Origin: Geosiphon pyriformis uo1
Taxonomy: Eukaryota; Fungi; Glomeromycota
DNA: 57,977 bases
NCBI GenBank assembly: GCA_016748015.1
Contig: JAAOMT010000036.1
Location: 4,856-62,832, forward strand
Direction of reading: 5' to 3'
The notes below the pieces were generated by a model that searched no databases, was not told the origin of the DNA, and saw nothing but the letters and a program-made list of their open reading frames with translations. Both the position numbers and the translations under genes were made by a program. Below are positions 24,830 through 37,693 of the stretch, in pieces (within the stretch, counting starts at the first letter, position 1; every line of letters begins with the position of its first letter).

Positions 24830-27800
24830 TTCATTTCTTTTATTAGATTTTTTGATTTTGAATAAAAATAACCTAAGCGTTGGCATATTAATTTCGGGTT
24901 TTCGTGATATGTAAATGATTTTTTGTCAGGTCTTATGAAATCTATTGAAGCCCGTTTTATAATTCTTTATTATCATTAAATATCAAGAACCGATGGCCGA
25001 AAATCATATGCTCTTTACGCATTCACCCTGATACGTAATTTGTAATGTGATGCTGACAATATAATAGTATTGCAAAAAAAACTAAAAGAGAGAAATGTGA
25101 CAGTGAAACACTGATACTTCCAAACATTAGATCAGACCCTGTAATTAAAGAAAGGAATGAGAAACATCTATTCTACTTAAGTAATATTGTTTATTATTAT
25201 CATATCTAATATATAAAATTGATTTGAAACCTTTTNNNNNNNNNNNNNNNNNNNNCTAAATTTATTAATTTAAAAGATAGTCTCAATTATTTATCATTTT
25301 TTAATTTTGCTTTAGCAAATAAAAATATGATTGATCACTGAAAATGGTTAAAATATTTCAAATAGCTAATATAATTTCTAAATTAATAGTGTTATCTAAT
25401 GTATAATGATTAAAAGATAGTTTTACTAATAAAAAAATTGAATATTACATGTAAATAAATTTTTACAATTCTTTAAATTTCACAACTAAAAATTTTGGCT
25501 TAATCGCTAAAATATTTTTCAAATGTTAAAGATATGTAATATTAAGATTTTAAATGATAAATTATATATATTGCTTTGCCTTTTGAAACACTTTTTTATC
25601 AATACAATTAACTGAATTATTCCCAGTCAAAAGTACAATTATTATACTTGTTGGAAAGAACATGAATATTGGAAAGTTGAGTTAAAAATAAAGATGACTA
25701 TTTTGTCGTTTCCAATTTTTAATTAATTGCAATTCAAGAGAACTAGTTAATAAAAGATTTACAATCCATTGTATTAATATCTTTAGTGGAAAATTCAAAA
25801 TCCTAAAAGGCATATGTCTCCATAATATAAATTCCCATTGTTGTCCTTTTAAAAAGTATCCCGTAGATTATGCATCATCATCTTTAAGATGAAACACAAA
25901 AATTCCTCCTATTAAGGTTTTTCAATAATATGAGGGTTTCAAACATTTTCTTAGTATTTTGGCAAATACATTCAATTATAGGAATTAAAATGGCCCATTT
26001 ACAAAATGCCTTTTAAGCTATTCTATTCTGCTTTCTATTCATCTCTATCATCCATTGTCACTGCATAAATTTGAAAACCTCGTTTTTGTGAGTTCACATT
26101 TGGCAAATGTGTCCTTTGTTTGTTTATCTATATTTGCAAATTATAGAAGCATCTAAAAAAAGGAAATATCCGTAATAATCATGTGTCTGAGAAAAATAAC
26201 AAAAAAATATGAATCCTTTTTAAAATTTTCTATTATCATACTGTCCTTTGTATTCACTCCATTGAAATTGTATGCCTAGTTTTCAAAGTTGATCAAGATG
26301 AGATGAGATGATGTTGTGGGCTAAATAAAGTCGATTTAAAACTATATTACTATGTTGGTTTTATCGAATACTAGAAAAGGGTATTTTAAAGAAATTTTTA
26401 TAATATCCTAATTTGTGATATTTAAAAATAGGGGAGGTTTCAGAGTTTAGCTAATATGGCATTCATATCGGGCTTTAAACTCACTTACTTTTAATTGAAT
26501 AAAAACGTGATACTTTTAACTTTTTTGGTTGGTTTAAACTTGTTTATCTTCTAAAAATAGTGTTTTTCTGATAATAAGACTTAGTATAATGAGTTGGTTT
26601 GATAAAATAATTCTGCTTTTGACTAATATCATTTTAGCGTCAATTTCCCCTTTTTTACTCATTCAAATTTTNNNNNNNNNNNNNNNNNNNNTAATTATGC
26701 AAAGTCTTTACAGCTAAAAAAAGCCAAATTATTTAAATGTTAAAATTGCAACAAAAAGTAACAGCTCTATAAATTCATTGGGAAAATATTTAATTATCAA
26801 TAAAAACATGAAGCTCAATTAGATAAACCTGTCAAATAAATTTGTAAAAAAAAAATTTGTACATAATTGAGATACACTGTATTCAATTTTGTAGTATAAT
26901 ATAAATAATCAATAAATATTTGTTCTTTAAATACTTATTCAAATTAATTTTTTTTTAAGCAAAGGTTGTTCTAAATTAATTTACAAAAGTCAATAGTTGG
27001 TAAAATTTAAAACTGAGCATAATAATAATTAAAAAATTGCATATTTTAAATAATAAAATTTTTGGAATCACTATATTAAACAAATCAAAAACTAAACATC
27101 TGAAATTTAACATTTACAATTATTTTCCAAATAGAAAAACCATTTTGTTTATAACACATTGTAAAAATTTTAAATTCTGTTTGTTAATCTGTTTTAAAGA
27201 ACTTAATATTGTATTATGCAACTATTGCAATTTTACTTAATGATAAGCATTGATAATTTAAAAAATAAAAGATTAATTAACAAATTTTTGGTTGAATGAA
27301 TTTTTTTTACTTTGTTTCTTACTATTTTTATTAATATATATTAATTACTGTATTATATAATTAATCTTTATTTTTTAGATAATTAACTTAATTGTTAACT
27401 TGATTATTAATCTAATTATTAATTAAATTGTTGATCTAATTACTAGTCTGATTGTTAATTTTTTTTGTAACTATATAAATAATAAATCTCTTAATATAAA
27501 AGGCATTTAGCAATTAAAGTTTAATATTCCAATTTTTTTTATTTTTCTATTTTAAGTTTTTCAAAAAAAATCTTTTTTTTTGCTTTTACAAAGTGTGGTT
27601 CTACTGTTATTTACATGCATAAACTAAAACATTTATAATAGATGTGATTCATGTTTTGTCTGTATGTAACCAGTCACCTGAACCAGTTAAGACAACACCA
27701 TATATTATTTAACACATTTTCAACTAAATTTTCAAACATCTAATCAATAAGTAAACTTGAAAAAATTTTCGAATTACTACTTAAATTATGATAACTTATA

Positions 27801-29068
27801 TAAACTAATTTTTCCAAGTAAAAATTTGCTTGCTCACAATATAATCTTCATTGATTAAATCAATGAATTATAATTTTGCATTGTATTTAAACAAAACGCC
27901 TTTACGTTTTGGATGTTGGTAAATTCAAGCAATTAATAATGACCACAATAAAAAAATAGGGTGCAACTCACTGTATAGATATGTATTGCGGGCATTAGAA
28001 GAATGTTAGAGGGAAAATCCAGTAACTCAACTACCCTCTCAAACTGTTTTTTAATAAAGGGGAATTCTGCAATTCGGAATGTTATTGGATGACGTAATTA
28101 ATATGATTTCTAAAAAGTTAGTTTTTAGTTCTTTTAGAGTTGTAATCTACTCAAGGTCATTTTAATACCATATCAAATTTTTGTGAATTGATTTGATTAT
28201 TTAAAACTTTCAAACTAAGAATTTTGGATCGATAATTGGTCAGAGAGGTCTTTTATGATATTAGGTAGGTCTCAAAAGTGAATAATTGTGTTTTTGACAA
28301 TATTTGCAAAAACTTTTTGAAAAAAGGTTTTCATAAAATTAACTATAATATCAAATAAAGAATCTGAATTAAATTTTAAGTTTTAAGCAAGATTTACCCC
28401 ACTCCAAATATTTATAAACCAATAATTTTTATTATAAAATAAGATAAATTATTTTCTAAACTAAATTATTCAATTTAATTAAAACCATTTTTATATAGAT
28501 ATATTTTTATTTTTATTAAACCCTAGAATTTTTAGAAGCATATTCAATATTGTGAATTTCAAATTATATTTTTTTAGAAAGAAATTTAAATAATCATATA
28601 CTTGAAATACCATTAAAGTTTCATTTCTTGGGAAAATGTTTAAATTAAACAAAATAATTTTAATTTGATTACTTGAAACTTTAGAAACTTAATGAGTAGT
28701 AAAATTATTTACTATTAAAAATAAATTCAAGAAATCAACGAGATAATAATATATTGATACTTGGAAAATTTGTTTTTATACTTTTTTGAAATGTATTTTT
28801 GACAATTTTTAAAAAATAAATTCATGCAAGGGAAAAATTTTTTGAATTACCGCTTAAAAGAAATATTAGCCTTGGAAAAGAAAAGAAAAAATCATGATAA
28901 CTTTTCAATTGCCTAAAGATGGGGGTATGACAATGCTTAAACTATGATGAATTACATAATTGATGATTTAAAAGGGCTTGGCATTTTTATAATTATTATA
29001 AAAATTGCCATGAAATTTTTGTGTTGTCCATAGGTTTAGATTCTAAAAATTTTTAATCCCTCAACAAA

Positions 29069-29671
29069 ATGAACTCTCGAGGCTTCAATTCTCTTTTGAT
29101 TCTTCTCTTTGTACTTTTCTCGATTTTTACAAAATCTTGTTCAACCTCTCCAATTCCCACAAGTCATCGTGAGGAGGATTTTTACAATCCTCGTGAATCA
29201 GTAACAGATACAAATAGTGATACAAAAAATAATTCAAACATTGATGCTGACCTTGTGTCAGAATCTGGTGATAAATTCATGACGTCAAATCTGGCATCCC
29301 TCAATCCAGCACTTTTCTTCCCACCCTCCGCCCAACTTCAAGATTCATCATCATCATCAGATCTCTCGAGTACTGATACAATCCCTTCATCACCAATGAT
29401 CTCTGATAAATTTCATCTTTTACATAAAAGAATGTGGCCAATGATGCTGAACAATCTTGGAATTTCAAAGAAAAAATTAGAAGAAATGCCTGAAGGAACA
29501 ACAAATTATCACCAAGGAGCAGTTTATAACGGGGATGATAGTAATACAAATAATGTAACAATCGATGATGAGAAAAACGTTTCCGAAAGTGAACATACCA
29601 AAGGGCCGTTTATCCCTTTAGGACTCAAGAAGTATAAGGTTGTTAATCCCGAAGGTAGCAAAGTGAATTGA
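29069..29671 (+). CDS. Secreted protein of unknown function, 200 aa (candidate effector or peptide precursor)
   Basis: ATG-to-TGA ORF with coding-like GC. The N-terminus MNSRGFNSLLILLFVLFSIFTKSCST-SPIP looks like a signal peptide. It has a Ser/Asp-rich pro-region and an HKR dibasic site. A TATAAAAA lies about 70 nt upstream. Confidence 0.75.
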   Translation: MNSRGFNSLLILLFVLFSIFTKSCSTSPIPTSHREEDFYNPRESVTDTNSDTKNNSNIDADLVSESGDKFMTSNLASLNPALFFPPSAQLQDSSSSSDLSSTDTIPSSPMISDKFHLLHKRMWPMMLNNLGISKKKLEEMPEGTTNYHQGAVYNGDDSNTNNVTIDDEKNVSESEHTKGPFIPLGLKKYKVVNPEGSKVN

Positions 29672-30178
29672 ACAGGTTCATCTTTTAAATTATTTGAATA
29701 TTTTTTTCTATTAGTATCATTTGAATTATTTTTTTGGTGCAATTAAAAATAAGAGCAGAAAGATGTAGTTGATTTGCAAAAGCTTGATATTTAAGCAAGG
29801 AAAGTTTTCTTATATGTAAAAAAGACTCCGCTTTATTTTATTTGTGGATGGTTGCCCTATTTATGAGACTTGCAATGCGGGATATCTCACGATCACGCGG
29901 AAATAATATACAACAAATTTACATGCAAGAAAATTATAGATATTTAACAAAAAGTTCCGTGGTTGAAATTCAAAAAAGGCAATTTAAAAATGCGTCTTCT
30001 TAATCAAGAAGATATAATTCTTCACAATCTCAAAAAAAAACAACCATTTGATCTCTACAGAGTTTCTTTTAATTATAATTTCGAAAATAAATTAAATATT
30101 ATGCTTTAAAGAATGAACAATTTGTTTGTAAATTATAAATGTAAATTTTCAAAATTTTGTCACCCTGCAAAACTTAAA

Positions 30179-30916
30179 TCAGCAAATAACGCACCCATTG
30201 TCACCAAATAATTTATCGAACCACGAAAGATCGCCCTTCCCATGGTTAAACTCTACGTATAAGCATCCAGAGTTCGGTTTATTGGGTGTGCACCGGAATT
30301 GATATTTTTGAACCAGTTCACCAATAGCAGGTTTCAATTTTGGTATACCGTTTAAGGAATGGTTTCCTTTGCCCACAATTATCATTAGGGTATCGATTCG
30401 ATTTGCTTTACATAATTTGATTCGTTCTTCTGTGTATTCAAGTGCTTCTTTTACAAAGAGACCATGTAAATCGATTTCATCTTTATTTCGGTGTCTATTA
30501 TTTTCTGTATTTTAAGGGAAGAAAAAGGATAAGAATAATATTTGAAATAGTTTCTCAATTAATTATTTCATGGCATTAAATTAGAGAACAACCAAGTTTT
30601 TTCAGATTACGTATGCCTACTTAAATTGCGAAATTCAGCTCATCTTTTTTTTTTAAAAAAAAATTCAATAAACCCATCTCCATTGCATACCAGAAAAAAT
30701 AATTTCAGCCGCTTTTTTATTATAAAGTTCCATGAGTCGATAATGCTCTTTGCTCTTATTAGATAAATCTTTGGCCTTTCTCTTGTTTCCACTTTTATAT
30801 GCTTTTTGTGCCTGTTCCGAAATATCTTTTCGTATTTTTGCTTGTTCATCGGCATTATGACGATATTTGGCAGCTTCTGTTCCAGATGATTGTGGGATTG
30901 ATCCACTTTGACCCAT
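30179..30916 (-). CDS. DUF1771 + Smr (small MutS-related) domain endonuclease, 183 aa; exons 30916-30691 and 30504-30179
   Basis: Exon 1 AQKAYKSGNKRKAKDLS...YNKKAAEIIF (DUF1771-like). A GT-AG intron at 30690-30505 joins in frame to EIDLHGLFVKEA...IIVGKGNHS...LKPAI...NSGCLYV (Smr motifs). The protein ends in CVIC. Confidence 0.9.
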
Positions 30917-33864
30917 GACGACTACCGAATTTTCAGTTTATTTTGAAATTCCGAGTAAAGAGCTTCGAGATATTTTAGTATTTTTACAATTATGAAAATC
31001 GCTTTGGAGGGCTTTATATATATATTGTACAATTGTTAATTCAATACATTTCTTTTTTCGGAAAAAATTAGAATCGGCCGAAAGGAATAATTAAGAGTGG
31101 TGAAACGTTAAAAAAAATCAAAGAATGGCCTTTTTCTAATTTTCATGGTTGTTAACATTTCCCCTGACCACCACATGACAACATATGTGTACCCAGTGTT
31201 AATGCGTTAAACAAACGTGCTTTCACTTTATAAGGTATGATGTAATATCTGATAAGGGTACAAATTAAACCTAATGTATGACAAAGTCAGATGTTCGTGG
31301 GAATTCAAATCAATAATAAATGCTGTCAAATACATTTAAATTTTTGAATGAAAAAAACTAGGATAACTCTTATTACAATAAAGTAAAAAAAGATACGCGA
31401 TTGGAAAATAGCTAAAGAAATTTTTAGCTCCGGATGTTGGGGGAAAACTCTTGAATATTTTCAGTGAGTGTATTAAGATTTCAATGATTAGTAACTTATA
31501 TGAATATATGATACAAGGAAAACTCCATTTGAAAAATCATGTGATTAAATCATTATTAGGCGTTTTAAATTGAATGGTAAATTTTCTAAATACCAAAAAT
31601 CATTAAGAGAGTTACCTTTACAACTCTCCTTAAAAAAATCTGGCACAAGATTATGAAGGCTTTATATCGTTATTTGTCTGTTAACTGTTACAATTTAAGA
31701 ATAAACATTTTTCAAGATTGCTTGCAAAATTATCGAGAAATTTATGATCAAAGTTTTATACAACTTTATTTGCAACAACGAAATAAAATAAAATTTTATA
31801 AATGTATTTTGTTGATTTCCATCTATTTAAGGTTTAAATGCACCTAAGAATTTTTTTGATTCTAGACGCTTGAGCAGTTTTTATTGAAATGATGAATTGT
31901 AGCTTGGGTTTTAGTATGTGTAATGTAATTGTGACACTACATAAAATAGCTTCGCAAAATCCAATAACGCTGTCTTTCCAAGAAATTGACAAGTCACCAA
32001 TGAACTAACTAGTTCCCATGATGGCAATATGCGTTCTTGATCTTTGAAATACTTCATCTGCGTAAATTGCCAATATTTTAGTAGTCAATATTAAAGTTTG
32101 GTCTGGCTTTATACAAAAAAAATTGTGTAAATGAGCTTATCCTCGTATGAATAAGTGTTGTTGCGCAAATACAGGAGCTAGATTTTAAAAGATTATAATA
32201 ACAAGTACGAAATAAAAATTCAAGTCATTTTATGATTACTTTTAATAATATTAATGCTCTTGCAATTAAATTTAATTATTGTATTTTATAAATTATTAGA
32301 CATTTTTTTTCGACATTGAATTCTGTTTATTATTAACTCAAAGATATTATTTTAGATCACATATACATTAGTAAATTAAATAGTATTTTTGATAAATTAA
32401 AAAAAGGGAATTTTTTTAAAACTATATGATCCTTATCGATCGTTTTTAATAATTATTTTAAATAAAAATGTTATATTTATTTGTTATTTAGATTTAAACA
32501 TATTATCATTATACTTATTAAAGTTGATTTGGTAAAAAAAAATTGATATAACATATTAATATAATATTTTCAATATTTTATTTTATTAAAAATTAATGAA
32601 TAATTTATTATATAAATTTAAAAAATCTATTATGATCAATTTGTTAGTAATACTCAAATGTATCTATTGTAATTTGTTTTTTTTTTACTTATTAATTATA
32701 TTTAAAAATTTTCAGGTTTATAATAAAATTATTCGTAATTTTTAATAAAATAAAATATTGAAAATATCAATCTTTTATTTCTTGAACTTTTAAAGTCAAA
32801 AAATTTCATACTAATCTTTTCGTTTTTTTTAATTGATTAATTAAATATAATCAATTAATAATTTATCATAATAATATTTTGAAATTTATTAGCTTTTTGT
32901 ATTAAATCATACTTTATTATTATTATTATTATAAACTGCAAGAACTATTCAAGCATAAAATGTTTTAAGTTTATTAAAGTGGAATCGTCTGATCATGTGT
33001 TTGTTTGTTGTGCAAATTTAATAAAATGTTGGAAATTTTAGGAATTTGAGATTGGTTCATTAGATTAATTCTGGTGTCTTGCAAGATTTAAGGAACATGA
33101 TACTCTCGTATTCAATAGCAACATCTATTATAGAACATGTATATGTGAAAATAAGTAGATAATATATTTATACTTAATAATTGCAAGCAGTTCTCCTTGA
33201 AGCTGAAGGATATGTTTGAGGAGAATTGCAATTTTACGGTATAATGAAATGGATGGTTGCGGGAATAAATTAATATTTACGCCTCAGACTTTTTTAGAAT
33301 TTGGAAACAAGATAAATTTTGATAACTGTCTTGCCACCACTATTTTCTGTTGGGATTGTAATTAATTTGAATTTTTGAGAAAACAATTAAGTTGTTAGAA
33401 AGTTTAGACTGAATAAAAACAAATTTCAAATTCAGTAAATTACTTGTATAATTTAATTGGCAAAAACAAAAAAAAATCTGAATATTATATATTATTTAAT
33501 ACATAAAATATTTACCTGTTTTTAATAAATGTTCGATAAAATTTAAAGAAACTAGTTTTATAATAATTTAATTAAAAGATACTTAAAATTTATAGAGTAA
33601 TCATAGAATAAGTATATCACAATTTGAATGTTGTCAGATATTATTTATATTTTGATAGCTTTTGATCAGAGATGAATATTAAATATGGGCAGTTTTGACA
33701 TTTTAGCAGTTGTAGTCATCATGATTTATCGATTCATGTTAGCCTAATCAATTTTGATATTCTTCAACTCATTTGATGAGAACTGAGACCTAATAATAAA
33801 GAAATAATAAAATAATGAAAATTTCTATTAATAAAAACTATAACTTTAAAAAAATCTTATTTCA

Positions 33865-34736
33865 AAAGACAAGCCTTTTTAAGATTTAGAAAATTCGAGG
33901 TAAAAATATCCAAAATAAAATATTTTTTCACCTATTTACCTAAGTGATAGGTTATTTGATAAATGTAAATGCTTCCTGTTCACAGATCTGTAAAATTTAA
34001 ACACAATAATTAGTAAAAGATATGCAAGCAACTAGGGTCTTATGAATAAATCATACAACTCATTTGGGTAACAAGACAATAAGACAATGAGGAAACTTGT
34101 TTGGCGTATTTCTTTATGTAGAGAATCTTTTTTCTTGGGAATAACTCAACCGAATAATTAATGATCCAAAAAATTTCGTTTGAAGCATCCGAAGTTAGTT
34201 TGAAAAGAAACTAAAACTTTATAGAAATTAAAAGGAACCATTGATAAAAATTTTCTGTTTTAGTATTAGGCAAACTAAAAATAATTTTATATAAAAATTT
34301 CTATTGTTAATGCATAATGCTTTATTTATAAAGATAAGCCTTTTTAAGATTTAGAAAATCCGAAACTAAAACTCATCAAGTTGACCTATTCACCTATTAA
34401 CCTATTAAACTATTAATAGATCTGTAAAGGTTAAACACAATAATTAATAAAAGATATGCAAACAACAAGGGTCTTATAATTAAATCCTACAACTCATTTG
34501 GGTAACAAGACAATGTGACAATGGGGAAACTTGTTTGGCGTATTTCTTTGTGTACTTTAGCTACTTTTAAGGTTAATAAATTGATTTTTTTACTATGTGA
34601 ACACAGAGAAACAATATAAATAAGAACTCGGCGTTTAAATAAATTACTTTTTAAACGTACTATCAAATAAACATTTTCAAAAAAACCCTCTTCAAATAAT
34701 AATCTATTTACATTTTATCCGTTCATATTCATACCC
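33865..34736 (+). promoter_or_regulatory. Upstream region of the TKL kinase with a duplicated ~250-bp module and a TATA-like TATAAATA (~34615)
   Basis: The module occurs at ~33865-34120 and ~34330-34555 and, inverted, at ~56852-56962 upstream of the paralogue. Shared cores are CAACTCATTTGGGTAA and GGAAACTTGTTTGGCGTATTTCTTT. Confidence 0.5.
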
Positions 34737-36494
34737 ATGGAAAACAAAGAAATTAAAAGAATAACTCGTCTAGAATCTCATGATTGCAATGAGTGTGAAA
34801 AATGTCAAGAGAGCATTAAAAATTATAGTAATAATTGGTGTAGTGCATGCCATTTCATATTTTTTGAAAAACTTTACCAAGACTTTTCAAGTAGCAATAA
34901 AGTAGTTGATGAAATGATTAAGAATCCAATCTATATTCCACCTAATAAGAATAATCAAAACTGTGATGATGTTCTTTACTATGAATGGATTCCATGGGAG
35001 CGTTTGTCGAATATTAACCAAATTGCTAAAGGAGGGTTGGGTATAATTTATAAAGCAACCCTAATTGATGGAATAATTGCTCCCTGGAGTATAAAACATT
35101 ATGGTTCAATGAAATATAAAAGAAGAGGAACACAGGAAGTAGCAATAAAAATTATTAAAACGAACAGTGAAGAAGTGTTTAAAGAGGTAAACAAACTATT
35201 ATTATTGATATTTATATTTAAATAATTTTTAATTAATTCATATTTACCTATTATTTATTTACTGTATATTATCATTTATTTACTATTTTACACTGTGTCG
35301 TTGATAGTTAAATATTCGAAGAGCTATATCTATTAGCGATGATTATAAATACGAAAATAACATCTCTTATATATATGGGATTACGCAAAACGCTGAAACA
35401 CACGAGTATGGAATTGTGATGCCCTTTGCTAAACTTGGAGATATGCGAAAATATTTATCAACAAATTTCCATTCTACAAGTTGGATTGATAAAATATGGA
35501 TCGCAGGTAATATAGCTGAAGGACTTAAACAAATTCATACTTGTGGTATGGTTCATCGTGACCTACACTCGGGCAACATCCTACAATTCAATGAAGATGA
35601 AGTGAAAATTGGAGACCTCGGATTATGTCAACCAGTAAAAAATGAAGCAACAACAACAACAGAGGAAAAAAAGATATATGGAGTGATTCCATACATTCCA
35701 CCAGAAGTTTTAAGAGGAGAAAATTTTACAACAGCTGGTGATATTTATAGTTATGGAATGTTATTATGGGAATTATCAACAGGAAAGCCTCCCTTTTATG
35801 AATATAAACATGATCATATTCTTATAATGGCTATTTTAAATGGTCAAAGACCTAAGATTACCTCCCCACTTATTCCACCTTGTATTGTCGAAATAATTGT
35901 AAAGTGTTGGGATCCTAATCCTAAGAATCGTCCTACTGTCGAAGAAGTTAGGTATAAGATATGGGAACTTAAAAGCAAGTATAGTAGGATGAAAACTGAT
36001 GTTTATAAAGATGAGGAGCTTATAGCTGGTGGGTTTGTATATCAAGAGTCTGCAGATGAGGAGTCTGGAGTATGGAAGTTTTCATATGTAGAGTCTAAAA
36101 CTGTAGGTCTTCTGTTTAGAGAATCAGATAAATACGTAAAAGAAATGGCAGAAAGTGACGACTCAACGACAACAAATCAATCAACTACGACAATGACAAC
36201 GACAACAACTCGTATTCATCCAGGAGCAGTTTATACAAGTCGTGTTTTAACTTTGCAAATGTTTCAAGAAACAAAAGGTTAGTCTATTTAATTTAGAAAT
36301 AATTAATTTATTTGATTTATTTATTATACAGTATATTAAAAAAATACATTTAATTTACATTACTATTTTAAAAGAATTAGTGTTTCTCCCTAAAGGTAAG
36401 AAATTGAAAAAAATTTTAAATATAATTATGGAATTTACATTATAATATTTTAAATGGTTATTTTACTATTTATTTTATATTAGACGACGCTTAA
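34737..36494 (+). CDS. Tyrosine-kinase-like (TKL) protein kinase of the Glomeromycotina-expanded type; exons 34737-35186, 35308-36277, probably 36375-36395 and 36484-36494
   Basis: N-terminal Cys cluster, EWIPW, AKGGLGIIYKA, VAIK, IYGITQ, HRDLHSGNIL, IGDLGL, YGVIPYIPPE, GDIYSYG, CWDPNPKNRP and HPGAVYTSR. The phase-0 GT-AG intron restores the frame. The last two microexons are inferred from splice signals; if unspliced, the stop is at 36282. Confidence 0.9.
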
Positions 36495-37693
36495 TATATC
36501 TAATCGTGATCGGGTATCTTTATTTCCCATTCGTAAGTACGTTAACTCTATAATGAGATTAATTTTTTTACTTGGTTAATCTTTTCATAAGTGATATATT
36601 TTAAAATTTTAATTCTAGTAGTTACAATATTTATTACATTCATTTCATTATGTTTTCATTCTTTTATCAATTTATTATAAAATATTCCCTTTGAGTTTGA
36701 TGTTTAATTGTTTAGTTGTTAACTTAATTCAACTTATAAATCTCAATTATCTAAGATATTGCCTAGCAGTAGGTTATAACAACAGAATGAATTCTATGTA
36801 ACCTAACACGCGATCTCTAATTTATCGAACCAATGAGTAGAATGGTCATATCTCCAAATAAAATAAATTTAAACAAATAAAAATATACTTCTTTAAAGAG
36901 TTTATTACTATTCTGCAAAGATGTGTTAATAAATTTTATTTGGTGCTTTGAATTAGTTTTGTTTCTTAAAATTCCATTTTACAATGATATTTCATGCTAT
37001 CTAAATCAATTAATCTATCAATTTATGTTGTTTTATTAATGCATTGAATCCTATTCTAGCGATTTCATTGATATTTTTTATATAATAAACAGTTTTAATT
37101 TAATAATAATAATAATTTTATTATTAAATGGAATATAAAGTGAATTCTTAATAATTCAATTATTTCCTATGATTTATTACAATCCTAATATTTTATTCAA
37201 AAGGAATATAATTTTTTAAGAAGTGTTGCAAAAAAAATAAATAGAATTAACTAATTACAATAGTTTTAATTGTTTATGCTCGACTTTGCATAAATTTTTA
37301 GTTCAATCAATTTAAATCAATTAAAATTTTTAAAATTTCAAATAATATATTTTGAAATACATTTTTATTCACATTATTGTATTAATAAAAAAATGTTATA
37401 ATATTAAATTTTTCTAAAACGAAGTCGGTTTTGGTTTTCCTGTTTAATTGTATTAATAGTGTTTGAAAATTCTTTTAATAACATAATTTCAATGTAATTT
37501 TCTTAATAAAATTAAATATTTTGATCAACTTTTGATAATTATAAATTTATTTAAATAACCAAAGCATTTCAAAATTTTACAATGTTATATAAATATATTT
37601 TAAAATTTTATAAAATAATAATTTTGAATTAAATTTGAAATTTGTTGAATTTTTTGTAATGATAATCCCAATTTAATATAAAAAAAATTTGAT

